Of a stretch of DNA of 64,000 bases, positions 47,752 to 57,528 are shown piece by piece (positions within the stretch are counted from its first letter, which is position 1; every line of letters starts with the position of its first letter). The translations under genes were made by a program, and so were the position numbers. The stretch spans positions 219,380 to 283,379 of the forward strand of contig CAVVLG010000003.1 in assembly GCA_963749085.1 (NCBI GenBank), given 5' to 3'. The notes beneath the pieces are model-generated. The model was given only the letters and a program-made list of their open reading frames with translations, was not told the origin of the DNA and searched no databases. Source of the stretch: Candidatus Adlerbacteria bacterium (lineage in GTDB: Bacteria > Patescibacteriota > Minisyncoccia > Phycocordibacterales > SBAW01).

Positions 47752-50144
47752 AAGGGAAAACTAAAAACAGAAAGCGTCTCATCATTCTCGACACTCACTC
47801 GATACTGCATCGCGCTTATCATGCGCTTCCGGATTTCAGCTCCAGCAAGGGAGAGCCAACGGGCGCGCTCTATGGCATTGTCTCCATGCTGGTTAAAATC
47901 ATCAACGATCTGAAACCCGACTATATTGTCGCGGCGTATGATCTTCCAGGCGGCACCTTCCGCAACGAAATCTATGATAAATACAAAGCAACGCGACCAG
48001 AGGCCGAGGAGGACCTCATATCGCAGATAAAGCGTTCGCGGGATGTAATAGGAGCCTTCGGGATTCCTATGTACGATGCAAAAGAATTCGAGGCGGATGA
48101 CGTCATCGGTACCATCGTCGAGAAAATGAAGAAGCAGAAGGATGTCGACATCATCATCGTCTCCGGCGACATGGACGCGCTCCAGCTCGTCGATGGCGAG
48201 CGGGTGCGAGTCTTTACTCTGAAAAAAGGACTAAACGACAGCATCATCTACGACGAGCAAGGAGTCAATAAGCGCTACGGCTTCGGTCCAGAGCTCATTC
48301 CCGATTACAAAGGATTGCGTGGCGACCCCAGCGACAATATCCCGGGTGTAGTCGGCATAGGTGAGAAGACAGCGACAGAACTCATCACCAAGTTCGGGAC
48401 GCTTGAGAACATATACAAGGCGCTTAAGAACCCAGACAAGCTTCTCAAGGTGGGGATCAAGGAAGGGGTCATCGAGAAGCTGAAAACGCAAAAAGCGCAG
48501 GCTGAACTTAGCAAAGAACTCGCGCAAATTAATCGTAAGGTACCCATTGAGTTCTCACTGCCCAAAGAAAGATGGCACACAAGTGTCTCGCCAAGACAGC
48601 TGCTCGATATGTTAAGCGAGTTCGATTTTCGCTCCTTAATGCCGCGGGTGCGCACCCTTTTTGGGGGAGATGCCAAGAAGCCTCTAGAAGTCCCCGATAC
48701 TTCGGAAACCATGCAAGGGAATTTACTTCCGGCCCAGGATATTAATCCGGAGGAATTTCACAAAATCGCCATAGCCGTGTGGGCGCTCGACTCATCCATG
48801 ACCGAGCCCACGCTCGACGATATCTATAGAATGGGGAAAAGCGATGATTTTGCAGAGGCGAGCAGACACATTTTGAAAGACATAAAAGACCGCAAACTCA
48901 CGTTCGTCTACGAACACATAGAACTTCCGCTTGCGCCGGTACTGCGCGCGATGGAGCAGCGCGGCGTGCTCATCGATCGTATTTTTTTAGAGAAGCTCTC
49001 AAAAGAATATACAGTGAAGCTCAAAAAAATTGCTACGCGAATTTTCAAAGCTGCCGGCGGTGAGTTCAATATTAACTCACCCAAGCAGTTGGGCGACGTT
49101 CTCTTCGACAAGCTTGGGTTGGCACCTGCGAAACAAAAAAAGACTGCCGGAGGACAGCGTTCGACTCGCGAGTCAGAGCTCGAGAAAATGAAAGACCTGC
49201 ACCCTGTCATCGAGGATATTTTGGCGTATCGCGAACTGCAAAAGCTACTCTCCACTTATATAGATACGCTCCCGACACTGCTCGACAATAAAAACCGCGT
49301 CCACACCACATTTATTCAAAATGGCGCAGCGACTGGCCGTCTCGCGTCGCAAACTCCGAACCTGCAGAATATTCCCATCAAGTCTGAGCTCGGCCGTGCA
49401 ATCCGCCACGCGTTTATAGCCGATGAGGGCTATGTGCTGGTATCATTCGATTATTCGCAAATCGAGTTGCGCATCGCGGCGTTTCTTTCGCATGATAAAA
49501 ACCTCGCGGCCATTTTCAAAGATGGACGCGACGTCCATACCGAGGTCGCGGCGCGCGTCTTTCATGTCCGCGAAAGCGACGTCACCTACGAGATGCGCCG
49601 GCGCGCGAAAGTCATAAACTTCGGCATCCTCTACGGCATGGGTGTGACTTCGCTCCAGCAGGCGTTGGGTACCAAACGCGCAGAGGCCCAGGAGTTTTAT
49701 AACGAGTACTTCGCCGCGTTCCCGCGCCTCGCCGCCTATATCGAGGAGGTCAAAGGAGATGCCGCACGCCAAGGCTATACCGAAACGTTCTTCGGCCGCC
49801 GCCGATATTTCGATGGCATTAAATCCCCCATACCCTACATACGCTCCGCCGCCGAGCGTATGGCTATTAACGCGCCACTTCAAGGAACGCAAGCCGACTT
49901 GGTGAAGCTCGCGATGATTAAAATAGATGCGTTGTTTAAGAAGGAAGCGCTAAACAAAGCCTATATACTACTTCAGGTGCATGACGAGTTGGTGTTTGAG
50001 ATAGAGGAGGATATGGTCAAGAAACTCGCGCCGAAAATAAAGGAAATAATGGAGACTATCGTTTCCGAAAAAGAAAGGAATGGCATCCCATTCCTCGCTG
50101 AAGGCAAAGTTGGCAAGAATTGGGGCGAAATGAGAAAAATATAA
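47748..50144 (+). CDS. polA: DNA polymerase I (5' nuclease + polymerase domains)
   Basis: The 5'-3' exonuclease N-terminus is LIILDTHSILHRAYHA. Pol A motif A is DYSQIELRI. Motif C is QVHDELVFE. Length is 798 aa. Confidence 0.9.
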   Translation: MKGKTKNRKRLIILDTHSILHRAYHALPDFSSSKGEPTGALYGIVSMLVKIINDLKPDYIVAAYDLPGGTFRNEIYDKYKATRPEAEEDLISQIKRSRDVIGAFGIPMYDAKEFEADDVIGTIVEKMKKQKDVDIIIVSGDMDALQLVDGERVRVFTLKKGLNDSIIYDEQGVNKRYGFGPELIPDYKGLRGDPSDNIPGVVGIGEKTATELITKFGTLENIYKALKNPDKLLKVGIKEGVIEKLKTQKAQAELSKELAQINRKVPIEFSLPKERWHTSVSPRQLLDMLSEFDFRSLMPRVRTLFGGDAKKPLEVPDTSETMQGNLLPAQDINPEEFHKIAIAVWALDSSMTEPTLDDIYRMGKSDDFAEASRHILKDIKDRKLTFVYEHIELPLAPVLRAMEQRGVLIDRIFLEKLSKEYTVKLKKIATRIFKAAGGEFNINSPKQLGDVLFDKLGLAPAKQKKTAGGQRSTRESELEKMKDLHPVIEDILAYRELQKLLSTYIDTLPTLLDNKNRVHTTFIQNGAATGRLASQTPNLQNIPIKSELGRAIRHAFIADEGYVLVSFDYSQIELRIAAFLSHDKNLAAIFKDGRDVHTEVAARVFHVRESDVTYEMRRRAKVINFGILYGMGVTSLQQALGTKRAEAQEFYNEYFAAFPRLAAYIEEVKGDAARQGYTETFFGRRRYFDGIKSPIPYIRSAAERMAINAPLQGTQADLVKLAMIKIDALFKKEALNKAYILLQVHDELVFEIEEDMVKKLAPKIKEIMETIVSEKERNGIPFLAEGKVGKNWGEMRKI

Positions 50145-50146
50145 CT

Positions 50147-50701
50147 ATGTTAAAAATTTTCGTCGGTAAAAAAGGGAAAGGGGAAGAACTCACATGGGAG
50201 GGGATGAGTGGCGAGGAACTCGCAACACTCGCCTCAACGCCGGCATTGTTCGGCGGAGCCAGGACGTTCCTTCTTATCGGGGCTATAAACAGCGAACGAC
50301 AGGAAGAATTTCTTGATAGGGCCGAGGTATTTGTCGAATCTCCACACACATTTATTTTTGAAGAAGAGAAATTACTCAAAGCGCCGACCGTAGCGCTCGA
50401 AAAAGCAGGAGCAAAGATTGAAGTTGAAAAAAAATCTGCCGCGATCAAGGAACGCGGCTTCGATCAATTCGGTCTTACCTATGCACTAGGAAGTCGCGAT
50501 AAGAAAAAGCTTTGGCTCGGCCTTATACAAGCATTGCAGGCAGGAGAAAAGCCCGAAGCGATAGCTGGTCTCTTGGCGTGGAAGGCGCGCCAAATGAAAG
50601 ACGCCAATCTTTCACGCGAGCTCACTTTCATGTATCACGACTCTCACCGCGGCGCAGGCGATCTCGAGTTATTGCTTGAGCGTTTCGCGCTCACCCTCTA
50701 A
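50147..50701 (+). CDS. Hypothetical protein, possibly a short DNA polymerase III delta (HolA)-like subunit
   Basis: It is translationally coupled to polA. No decisive motif; the suggestion rests on weak resemblance and context. Confidence 0.3.
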   Translation: MLKIFVGKKGKGEELTWEGMSGEELATLASTPALFGGARTFLLIGAINSERQEEFLDRAEVFVESPHTFIFEEEKLLKAPTVALEKAGAKIEVEKKSAAIKERGFDQFGLTYALGSRDKKKLWLGLIQALQAGEKPEAIAGLLAWKARQMKDANLSRELTFMYHDSHRGAGDLELLLERFALTL

Positions 50702-50745
50702 TTTCACTAGAAAATAAGGGACATTTTTGCTATAGTGCTGTCAAT

Positions 50746-50818
50746 CCGCCCATAGCTCAGTTGGTAGAGCGGCTCCCTTTTAAGGAGAAGGTCGTAGGTT
50801 CGAATCCTACTGGGCGGA
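50746..50818 (+). tRNA. tRNA-Lys (anticodon TTT); C1:G72 acceptor end; CCA not encoded
   Basis: The sequence CCGCCCATAGCTCAGTTGGTAGAGCGGCTCC-CTTTTAA-GGAGAAGGTCGTAGGTTCGAATCCTACTGGGCGGA forms a cloverleaf. Confidence 0.75.
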
Positions 50819-50873
50819 CAGGTCAATAAAGCCTTATTTTGCAAGGTATTTTAATGATGACAATTCAGAAGCC

Positions 50874-50909
50874 TTGACTCCTTGACAAAACAATGTTTTG
50901 GGTATACGA
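50874..50909 (+). promoter_or_regulatory. Sigma70-like promoter (TTGACA-17 nt-TATACGAT)
   Basis: TTGACAaaacaatgttttgggTATACGAT lies upstream of the ORF at 50969. Confidence 0.4.
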
Positions 50910-50968
50910 TAGCAGACAAGTGAGTCCTTTGATTTGGCCATTCGGCCACAACGCCTGAGGAGGGCAAC

Positions 50969-51208
50969 ATGGAACGCGAGATGATAAAGATTCTTCTCTT
51001 CCTGCTGTGGGTTTCCACCATCGGCGACCTGCTTTTCACTTCTGCCTTCTCGTCTGACGAATTGACTATTTTCGTCAAACTCCATCCGCTTTTCGCAGGC
51101 GAAGGCCTCGTCTTCACAACCTTCTCCACGTTTGCGACCGTCGTGATGACGCTCAGAGTTATTCTGGACTTCACTCGCGGCAAAACGAACGAGATAGCGA
51201 ATGGCTGA
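50969..51208 (+). CDS. Hypothetical small membrane protein (79 aa)
   Basis: A GGAGG Shine-Dalgarno lies 7 nt upstream. The hydrophobic segment is ILLFLLWVSTIGDLLFTSAF. Confidence 0.4.
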   Translation: MEREMIKILLFLLWVSTIGDLLFTSAFSSDELTIFVKLHPLFAGEGLVFTTFSTFATVVMTLRVILDFTRGKTNEIANG

Positions 51209-51423
51209 CGCGCAAGCGCGTCCCGACGGCACGACGGTATCGTGCCACTCTATTGAGCCCACAACTTCGGTTGCGGTCTCATCGAGAAAGTTCACTAAAA
51301 GTTCTTCATAAATCTTAGGACTAAAGTCAGGTCGCGGTAACAACTTTGGTTGGCAAACTATCAAGTGAATGTCTATCCAAGAGAGGTATTACTATCCCGC
51401 AATACCAACCAAAGGAGAAAGCC

Positions 51424-51837
51424 ATGACCTGGCTCAGCGACCAACGCAACATGCAACCCGTTGTAGAAAGCGATTCATGGAGCAGAGCGGAGCAATTCGC
51501 GCTGGACTATGGATTTGCTGGCTGCATCGTCTCCTCCGCCTATGATGAGGTAGATACTCATCACAGCGGTATGCCTGGTGAATATCTCGGCTACGCCGAG
51601 CGATTCATTAAGAGCATAGGAGGAATGGTCATCGACGTTAAAGAACGTAATGACCGCATGTTGCCCTACTTGGTGGAGGAACTGGTTCGCCGGTCCTACC
51701 ATGCTTCACAAACCTGCTACAACCCCGCCATAAAAGGGCGGTGGGTGACGGGTACCGATATCTTTCGTATCTCTCGACTCATCCTCGAGGGTTTCCGAAA
51801 GTACGGTTTGAAGCTGGAGGATTTGCACACAAGCTAA
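51424..51837 (+). CDS. Hypothetical protein (137 aa)
   Basis: An AAGGAG Shine-Dalgarno lies upstream of the MTWLSD start. No recognisable domain. Confidence 0.4.
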   Translation: MTWLSDQRNMQPVVESDSWSRAEQFALDYGFAGCIVSSAYDEVDTHHSGMPGEYLGYAERFIKSIGGMVIDVKERNDRMLPYLVEELVRRSYHASQTCYNPAIKGRWVTGTDIFRISRLILEGFRKYGLKLEDLHTS

Positions 51838-52218
51838 TCCCCACCAAAAGAAGCCACGGATTCAACCCCGTGGCTTTCGATTTATGGCCTCCGACAAAGG
51901 CGAGACAACTTATCTCATGCCTCAATCAGAAGTACCTCTCTCCTCCCAAGTATTTTGAGTACGATTTAGCACCTTAATTCATTTGCCAACTCTTTACTAC
52001 AGCGACGAAAGACGGGGTCGGTGATAACATCAAAGTGGTTCTGACTTCGTCCATTAGGGCGGACATACCTATAAAGCCTTATTTTGCAATGCCGTTTTGG
52101 GCATTCCAACAGGACTAGATTTGCTCGAAAATCTTCATTTTTATATCAGGTTCATCCTTCTATCATCCAAAGCAGAAGTACGCGTAACTGGGCGTATTAT
52201 TTGTTTAATAAAAACGTT

Positions 52219-52443
52219 ATGAAGGTACTTCTATCATGCACCGAGTGCAATTATGAAGAGTGGAGTTCCTCTGAAAAAGAGCTGATGAATAAGATTATCG
52301 TGTGGAATCACGTTAAAAGGGAGCATCCGGCCACCGCCGAGCATATTATGCGCGTGTACCAACACGTGCCAATTTCGCTCTTTCATATACACACTTCACG
52401 TGCCGATGAACGAACTCGAAGATTTGTGCCCACGTTCGTTTAA
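52219..52443 (+). CDS. Hypothetical small protein (74 aa), DUF1059-like metal-binding pattern
   Basis: The MKVLLSCTECNYEE...H...H pattern is present. The assignment is weak. Confidence 0.3.
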   Translation: MKVLLSCTECNYEEWSSSEKELMNKIIVWNHVKREHPATAEHIMRVYQHVPISLFHIHTSRADERTRRFVPTFV

Positions 52444-52910
52444 GAGGTCTTACTGAGCGTGAATAGCAGCACGCCTGCTGTCACGCTCACATTAAGCGAT
52501 TCTTTTTTCCCTCGCATAGGAATTTCGAGGATGGTATCGGCTTGGGAAAGAATGCTTTTCGAGAGACCTCGCACTTCGTTGCCTAATATAAGCGCGACTT
52601 TGTCCGAGGTTGGTTTATAATCGAAAAGAGAAGTAGCATTTTTGCTTTGTTCTATCGCCAATATCTTATACCCATCTTTCTTTAATTTTTTTATAGCATC
52701 CGCAGGTGTCTGTACCTGCTTCCACGGTACTGTTTTCTCAGCCCCAAGTGATACCTTATTGAAATTCTTGCGCGCACGGCCGAAACGATCAACAGGTGTC
52801 GGCGTGTAGCCGCAGAGAATTATTTTGGATACTCCGGCCGCGTCGGCCGTGCGGAATATAGAGCCGACGTTATGGACGCTCCTGATGTTGTGGAGCATGA
52901 GCACACACAT
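52440..52910 (-). CDS. SpoU/TrmH-family RNA 2'-O-methyltransferase
   Basis: The motifs HNVGSIFRTADAAG, LILGNEVRGLS and IPMRGKKESLNVSVTAGVLLF are present. Confidence 0.8.
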   Translation of the reverse strand: MCVLMLHNIRSVHNVGSIFRTADAAGVSKIILCGYTPTPVDRFGRARKNFNKVSLGAEKTVPWKQVQTPADAIKKLKKDGYKILAIEQSKNATSLFDYKPTSDKVALILGNEVRGLSKSILSQADTILEIPMRGKKESLNVSVTAGVLLFTLSKTS

Positions 52911-52913
52911 TAT

Positions 52914-53315
52914 TTAGAGTGGCACATCAAACGCGATGCCACCTGCGCCGGTGATAAGCAGGGAGAGACAGATAATGAAGATCAGAATATAGGTGCTGCG
53001 CGCAAGCGGCATGATGTGTTGATAGCAGTGCGCAAACAGCCCGTTATTAAGCGCAATGATCATGCCCACGATTGCCGCCCATTGTGTGCCGTATCCGAAG
53101 AAAAGCGCGAGGCCGGTGAGTGTAATGATGGTGGCCGAGAGCCAACACATCCATTCAGTGGGTTTGCCGATGAGTGGCGCAGGAGTACTCGTAATCACGT
53201 CGCGTTTTTGTATAAGCGCATAGGCGACATAGAAAAACATCAACGCCGCGAAGACACGCAGAAGCGTCGGTGCAAAGAACGTGTAGTTAAGCAACTGGGG
53301 GAATGGATTCAACAT
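52914..53315 (-). CDS. DoxX-like small multi-TM membrane protein
   Basis: Four hydrophobic helices are present. Length is 133 aa. Confidence 0.45.
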   Translation of the reverse strand: MLNPFPQLLNYTFFAPTLLRVFAALMFFYVAYALIQKRDVITSTPAPLIGKPTEWMCWLSATIITLTGLALFFGYGTQWAAIVGMIIALNNGLFAHCYQHIMPLARSTYILIFIICLSLLITGAGGIAFDVPL

Positions 53316-53319
53316 ATAA

Positions 53320-53544
53320 TTATTGGGTACTAGGACCTTGCACGTACGAGGAACTAGTACCTATGGTTGGGCCGTAGGCGCCGCCGGTGCCCACCGGCTC
53401 AGGCGGGTGTATGAATATGCCTTGTAGGTTAGACTTTGCGGGGCCGCCTTCAGCAAACCATATTAAAACGAGGACGAGAATAAGACCGACAATGAACAAT
53501 AAATCTCCAACCGGTCCCGATCCTTTAGGGGCTTCATCGGCCAT
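53320..53544 (-). CDS. Hypothetical small membrane protein (74 aa)
   Basis: The TM segment is LLFIVGLILVLVLIWF. Confidence 0.35.
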   Translation of the reverse strand: MADEAPKGSGPVGDLLFIVGLILVLVLIWFAEGGPAKSNLQGIFIHPPEPVGTGGAYGPTIGTSSSYVQGPSTQ

Positions 53545-53547
53545 AGA

Positions 53548-54795
53548 TCAATGATACCCTAGTTTTTTAAGTTCCTCCTGCACAACCTTTTTATCACTCC
53601 ACTCCTCCTTGCTGCCCTTGGGTCCCATGATATAGGGATCGGTGCCTTTACCGCTTAAGAGCACCACGCCGCCGCTCTTGCATTCCTTAAGCGCTTCGCG
53701 AATGGCCGAGCGACGGTTGCGGATGATGTGCGGCCTGTTTTTGGTAAATCCCTTCGCCATCTCGTCAATTATTTTTTGAGGATCTTCGTCGTACGGATCC
53801 TCGTCGGTCAAAATGGCCAGCGAACAGAACTCATCGGCGATGGTACCCATGAGCGGCCGCTTCCAGGTATCGCGGCCGCCACCAGTTGAGCCTAAGACGC
53901 ATACCATCGGTTTACCTTTGTAGGTCTCGTAGAGCGCACGCAAAGACTCCGGCGTGTGAGCGTAGTCAACGATGACGCCAAACGGCTGCCCCATCTCAAC
54001 GCGCTCGGCACGCCCTGCAATGGGGCGCATATGTTCAAATGCTTTTTTCATAACCGACATGGGGATGTTCATCGCCTCGCCGAGCGTGAGAGCAGCCAAG
54101 ATGTTTTTTAGATTGAATACGCCCGGCAGCGGGACGGTAAAAAGTTCTCCGCGCCGCCAGACAAAACGTACACTTTTGTCGTCAGTGGAGTATGGTTCCG
54201 CATCGCGTAGTGAGAAGGATGTTCGTATCTCTACGTCGGTACCAAGAAACGCTTTGCCATAGGGATCGTCGGCATTGGCGACTATGATGCGCGGACGCTT
54301 CGACGAAGCGGCAAGCGCGTGAGCCAAGGAAAGTTTCGCCTCAAGATATTTCTCGAAGCTCCCATGGCTCTCAATATGCTCCGGGGCAAGATTGGTGAAG
54401 ACCAGCACATCAAGTGCGATGCCGACATTGCGGAATTGTTTGGCGCCCTCCGAAGTCATCTCAACTATCGCATGCGTAGCGCCTGTATTGACCGCTTGGC
54501 GCAAAAAATGCTGCAGAAAAAAACGCCCCGGCATCGTCATTTTAAAAAGGTTCGGTTCACTTTCTCGCCCAATCGCAAAACGGATAGTCGAGGCGACTGC
54601 GACGGTATATCCCGCTTCCTCTAACATTGCCGCAATCAACTCCACCGTAGTTGATTTTCCTTTAGTGCCGGTGACACCAATGACAAATAGTTTTCGCGAA
54701 GGGAAGCGATAGATAAATGCCCCCACTGCCGCAAGCGAGTAGTGGTACGCATCTAGTAGTGGTGCGGGGGTGAGTGCTTTGAGCAACTTTTTCAT
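53548..54795 (-). CDS. Mur ligase family protein (MurE/MurF-like)
   Basis: The P-loop is IGVTGTKGKSTT. The Mur ligase middle-domain motif is DYAHTPESL. Length is 415 aa, shorter than canonical MurC-F. Confidence 0.65.
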   Translation of the reverse strand: MKKLLKALTPAPLLDAYHYSLAAVGAFIYRFPSRKLFVIGVTGTKGKSTTVELIAAMLEEAGYTVAVASTIRFAIGRESEPNLFKMTMPGRFFLQHFLRQAVNTGATHAIVEMTSEGAKQFRNVGIALDVLVFTNLAPEHIESHGSFEKYLEAKLSLAHALAASSKRPRIIVANADDPYGKAFLGTDVEIRTSFSLRDAEPYSTDDKSVRFVWRRGELFTVPLPGVFNLKNILAALTLGEAMNIPMSVMKKAFEHMRPIAGRAERVEMGQPFGVIVDYAHTPESLRALYETYKGKPMVCVLGSTGGGRDTWKRPLMGTIADEFCSLAILTDEDPYDEDPQKIIDEMAKGFTKNRPHIIRNRRSAIREALKECKSGGVVLLSGKGTDPYIMGPKGSKEEWSDKKVVQEELKKLGYH

Positions 54796-55376
54796 ATGGT
54801 CTTGAGCGCTACCGCAAGACGCTCGCGAACTGAACCGATTGAGGAAGGAACGCCTTTTATCGCCTGGCGGCTTTCGTAGGCACTGTAGCCGAGCGCCATG
54901 AGTGCCTCAAGCAACTCCAGGTCGTCCGAGGATTTTGCGTCGGAAGCAGCCGAAGGGCCCGCACTTTTGCCGAGTACCACTTTATCGCGCAGCTCCACTA
55001 CAATGCGCTCAGCGCTTTTTTTGCCGATACCGAATACTTTTGTGAGCGAAACCGCGTCGCCGCGAGCGATGCCCCGCTTGAGCGTCACCACATCAGAAAC
55101 ATTGAGTATCGCGAGCGCGCTTTTTGGGCCGATGCCCGAGACGCTCATTAATTGTTTGAAAAAAGAAAGTTCTTCTTCCGTGAGAAAGCCATAAAGGTCT
55201 ATTGCGTCTTCCCGCACGGCTGTGTGGATATAAAGGGACACCTCCGTGTCACCGACCCTCATGACCTGGAGCGTTCCCTGCGGCACGCGTACACCATACC
55301 CCACGCCCGAGACCTCTATGAGTACCATTCCATCGGTCGTTGTACCTTCAAATCGTCCGGTAAGCTTGCCTATCAT
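54792..55376 (-). CDS. ruvA: Holliday junction DNA helicase RuvA
   Basis: The N-terminus MIGKLTGRF is present. The HhH motif is GIGPKSALAIL. The ORF extends to 55439. Confidence 0.85.
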   Translation of the reverse strand: MIGKLTGRFEGTTTDGMVLIEVSGVGYGVRVPQGTLQVMRVGDTEVSLYIHTAVREDAIDLYGFLTEEELSFFKQLMSVSGIGPKSALAILNVSDVVTLKRGIARGDAVSLTKVFGIGKKSAERIVVELRDKVVLGKSAGPSAASDAKSSDDLELLEALMALGYSAYESRQAIKGVPSSIGSVRERLAVALKTI

Positions 55377-55400
55377 ACCCTTATAGAGTACTGTAGCCGC

Positions 55401-55646
55401 ATGGCAATTACAAAAGGAGCCAAAAAAGCACATCGGCAAAGCCTCCGCAAGAAAGAAATGAACGATATGCGCAAAAAAGCGATGCGCGAGACGCTGAGGG
55501 GAGCACGCACAACAAAAAAGGGAGATATTAAAGCCCTTGCTGCCGCATACCAGGCGATAGACAAGGCACTCAAGCGCGGACTTATAAAAAAGAACACGGC
55601 TGCTCGCCGCAAGGCAAAAGTCGCACGGCTACTTTCGACTAAATAA
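55401..55646 (+). CDS. rpsT: 30S ribosomal protein S20
   Basis: The sequence MAITKGAKKAHRQSLRKKEMNDMRKKAMRETLR is diagnostic. The ORF opens at 55152. Confidence 0.85.
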   Translation: MAITKGAKKAHRQSLRKKEMNDMRKKAMRETLRGARTTKKGDIKALAAAYQAIDKALKRGLIKKNTAARRKAKVARLLSTK

Positions 55647-55652
55647 TCTTAT

Positions 55653-55727
55653 TGGTGCTTCCGGCAGGAATCGAACCTGCATCTCCTCCTTCGGAGGGAG
55701 GTGTTCTATCCATTGGACTACGGAAGC
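55653..55727 (-). tRNA. tRNA-Arg (anticodon CCG); CCA encoded
   Basis: The reverse complement reads GCTTCCGTAGTCCAATGGATAGAACACCTCC-CTCCGAA-GGAGGAGATGCAGGTTCGATTCCTGCCGGAAGCACCA. Confidence 0.75.
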
Positions 55728-55839
55728 AATAACGCACTCACCCTAACATATTTGTGCCCCCTCACGGTAGCGCACCAACCCAGGTGAGGCAACACAATGG
55801 TTTTCCGGCGACCGTCAGTCGTACATCACCGAGGCCTCA

Positions 55840-56285
55840 TGATCGCCTACAAAATGGGATGAATGGGACACTTTGTAGTACTTCGGGATAGTGTCCCATT
55901 TTTGGACTTCCACCAAGCCCCACAAGGACATTCGAGCGATTTTGAGAGCGGGACAGGTGTCCCGTTTGATGTCCCACGGTTGCGAACTGAAAAATGGACA
56001 AATCGGACACAAAGATCGGACGTGTGACTGTCCGATTTCTGGAGTGGAATGTTACAAATGTTACATCTTTTTGACATTTTCCGGGCTGTAACATTCGGGA
56101 AAAACCGAACAAACCGAACACGAAAACACGGATCCTGGTGTGTCCGATTTATGTTCGCAAATGAGACTAATGAGACCTTTAAAAGCACTTTTCGGAGTCT
56201 CATTATCAAATGTCCCCGGCACAAAATGATATGGAATGTAACGCCAAAAGGGCTATTTCGGGGCGTTACATTTTGAGATCAGCAT
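55840..56285. repeat. Non-coding block dense in short inverted and direct repeats (iteron-like)
   Basis: GGGACAC/GTGTCCC, GGGACAGGTGTCCC, AAATCGGACA x3 (one inverted), TGTTACA/TGTAACA x5 and CCGAACA x2 are all read directly. Only short mutually overlapping ORFs are present. Confidence 0.6.
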
Positions 56286-56289
56286 CTCA

Positions 56290-57528
56290 TTACTGCACCA
56301 CTTGCCCCTCAAGGTATTGATGGTTTTTATCCTGAGCATCGAAGGTGCAGCTTGAATCGTTGGCACATTGGCTTGGCACGGGGACAAATGTGGCGACATC
56401 GGCTCCAGGTATGACTTGTCCATCGTAATAGGCCGAATTTTTATCATGAGCATAGCCCACCACAAATCGATAGCCAGCGCCTAGCTCAGGACTATTCCAG
56501 AAAATAGGGTAGTAGGCCTCGAACGAGGTAAGATCTGCGGCAATAGGCTCTATACCGCCGGATTCACCATTTACATAACCATAATAAATGTGGTTGACGT
56601 CTTTATAATAGACAAAATTTATGGCTTCAAATGTTTTAGGATCGACCCCTTGAATTATAGTCATGGGGCTACCACCTAAATCACCCCCATACCAAACGTG
56701 TGTGCTGTCTCTAGCAACATCTGTTTGGGCATCGTAACTAAAGGTTGCAGGATCTGCGCCTGGTAATACGGAAAAGTTATCTATAACTTGATAGCCATAA
56801 GTGTAGATGTGATTTTTATCTTTTGCCAGGCCGGAATCAGGAATAACCGCAAAAGTATTGGGATCCGCGCCCGTGACTAGCTTATCCGCCAAAAACACAT
56901 GCGTTGCATCTTTAGCGAAAGGATAGATTGTCGCATCTGTCGTAAAAGTATTGGGATCCACGCCTGCTAGGATTCCTCCCCCACCAGCAGGGCCTGCACC
57001 GCCAAAGTATGAATAAGCGTTCGATTTGTCTTTTCCGTAACAATATCCGTAATCATCCGATTGGGGATTCAAAACGTCGAGAGAAACAAAGCTCGAAACA
57101 TCTGCGCCAATGCTTTCTGCGCTGCCGTCTCCGAGGTTATAATAGACATTGTTTTTGTCCTTAGAAAAACAATAACCTACCGATTCGGAGCTAGTCGCAA
57201 ATATTTCATATGTCGAAGGATCGACCGTCAGCGGATTGAATTCTCCATCCACGAAAGTCGTTGAGGTGCCTATATCAACATGGATCCACTGCTGCGAAAC
57301 ATTTTGAGCTGGGATGGCGGAAGTATTCTGAGTTGTGGTCGACGCCGTAGACGATTCGCCCGTCGTGCTTGGCATTTGATTTGTGTCGACACTTCGAATC
57401 AGTAAGGCCCAGCCTCCGGCTGCACATACAAGCAACACTGCTAAAACTGCTCCAAGTATCCACCACACTTTTTTACTTGACGGCAGTGGTTGAACCGGAG
57501 GGATTGGTTGCTCAGATGAAGGAGGCAT
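56290..57528 (-). CDS. Secreted DKNYY-repeat family protein
   Basis: An N-terminal TM/signal segment is present. Repeated DKNNVYY, DKSNAYSYF, DKNHIYTYG, DVNHIYYGY, DKNSAYYDG and DKNHQY motifs are present. Confidence 0.65.
   Translation of the reverse strand: MPPSSEQPIPPVQPLPSSKKVWWILGAVLAVLLVCAAGGWALLIRSVDTNQMPSTTGESSTASTTTQNTSAIPAQNVSQQWIHVDIGTSTTFVDGEFNPLTVDPSTYEIFATSSESVGYCFSKDKNNVYYNLGDGSAESIGADVSSFVSLDVLNPQSDDYGYCYGKDKSNAYSYFGGAGPAGGGGILAGVDPNTFTTDATIYPFAKDATHVFLADKLVTGADPNTFAVIPDSGLAKDKNHIYTYGYQVIDNFSVLPGADPATFSYDAQTDVARDSTHVWYGGDLGGSPMTIIQGVDPKTFEAINFVYYKDVNHIYYGYVNGESGGIEPIAADLTSFEAYYPIFWNSPELGAGYRFVVGYAHDKNSAYYDGQVIPGADVATFVPVPSQCANDSSCTFDAQDKNHQYLEGQVVQ

Noticed and set aside
50834-51364. 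176-aa minus-strand ORF downstream of tRNA-Lys.
   Set aside because: It is antisense to two plus-strand ORFs that have a promoter and good Shine-Dalgarno sites. Its composition is unremarkable and it has no start context.
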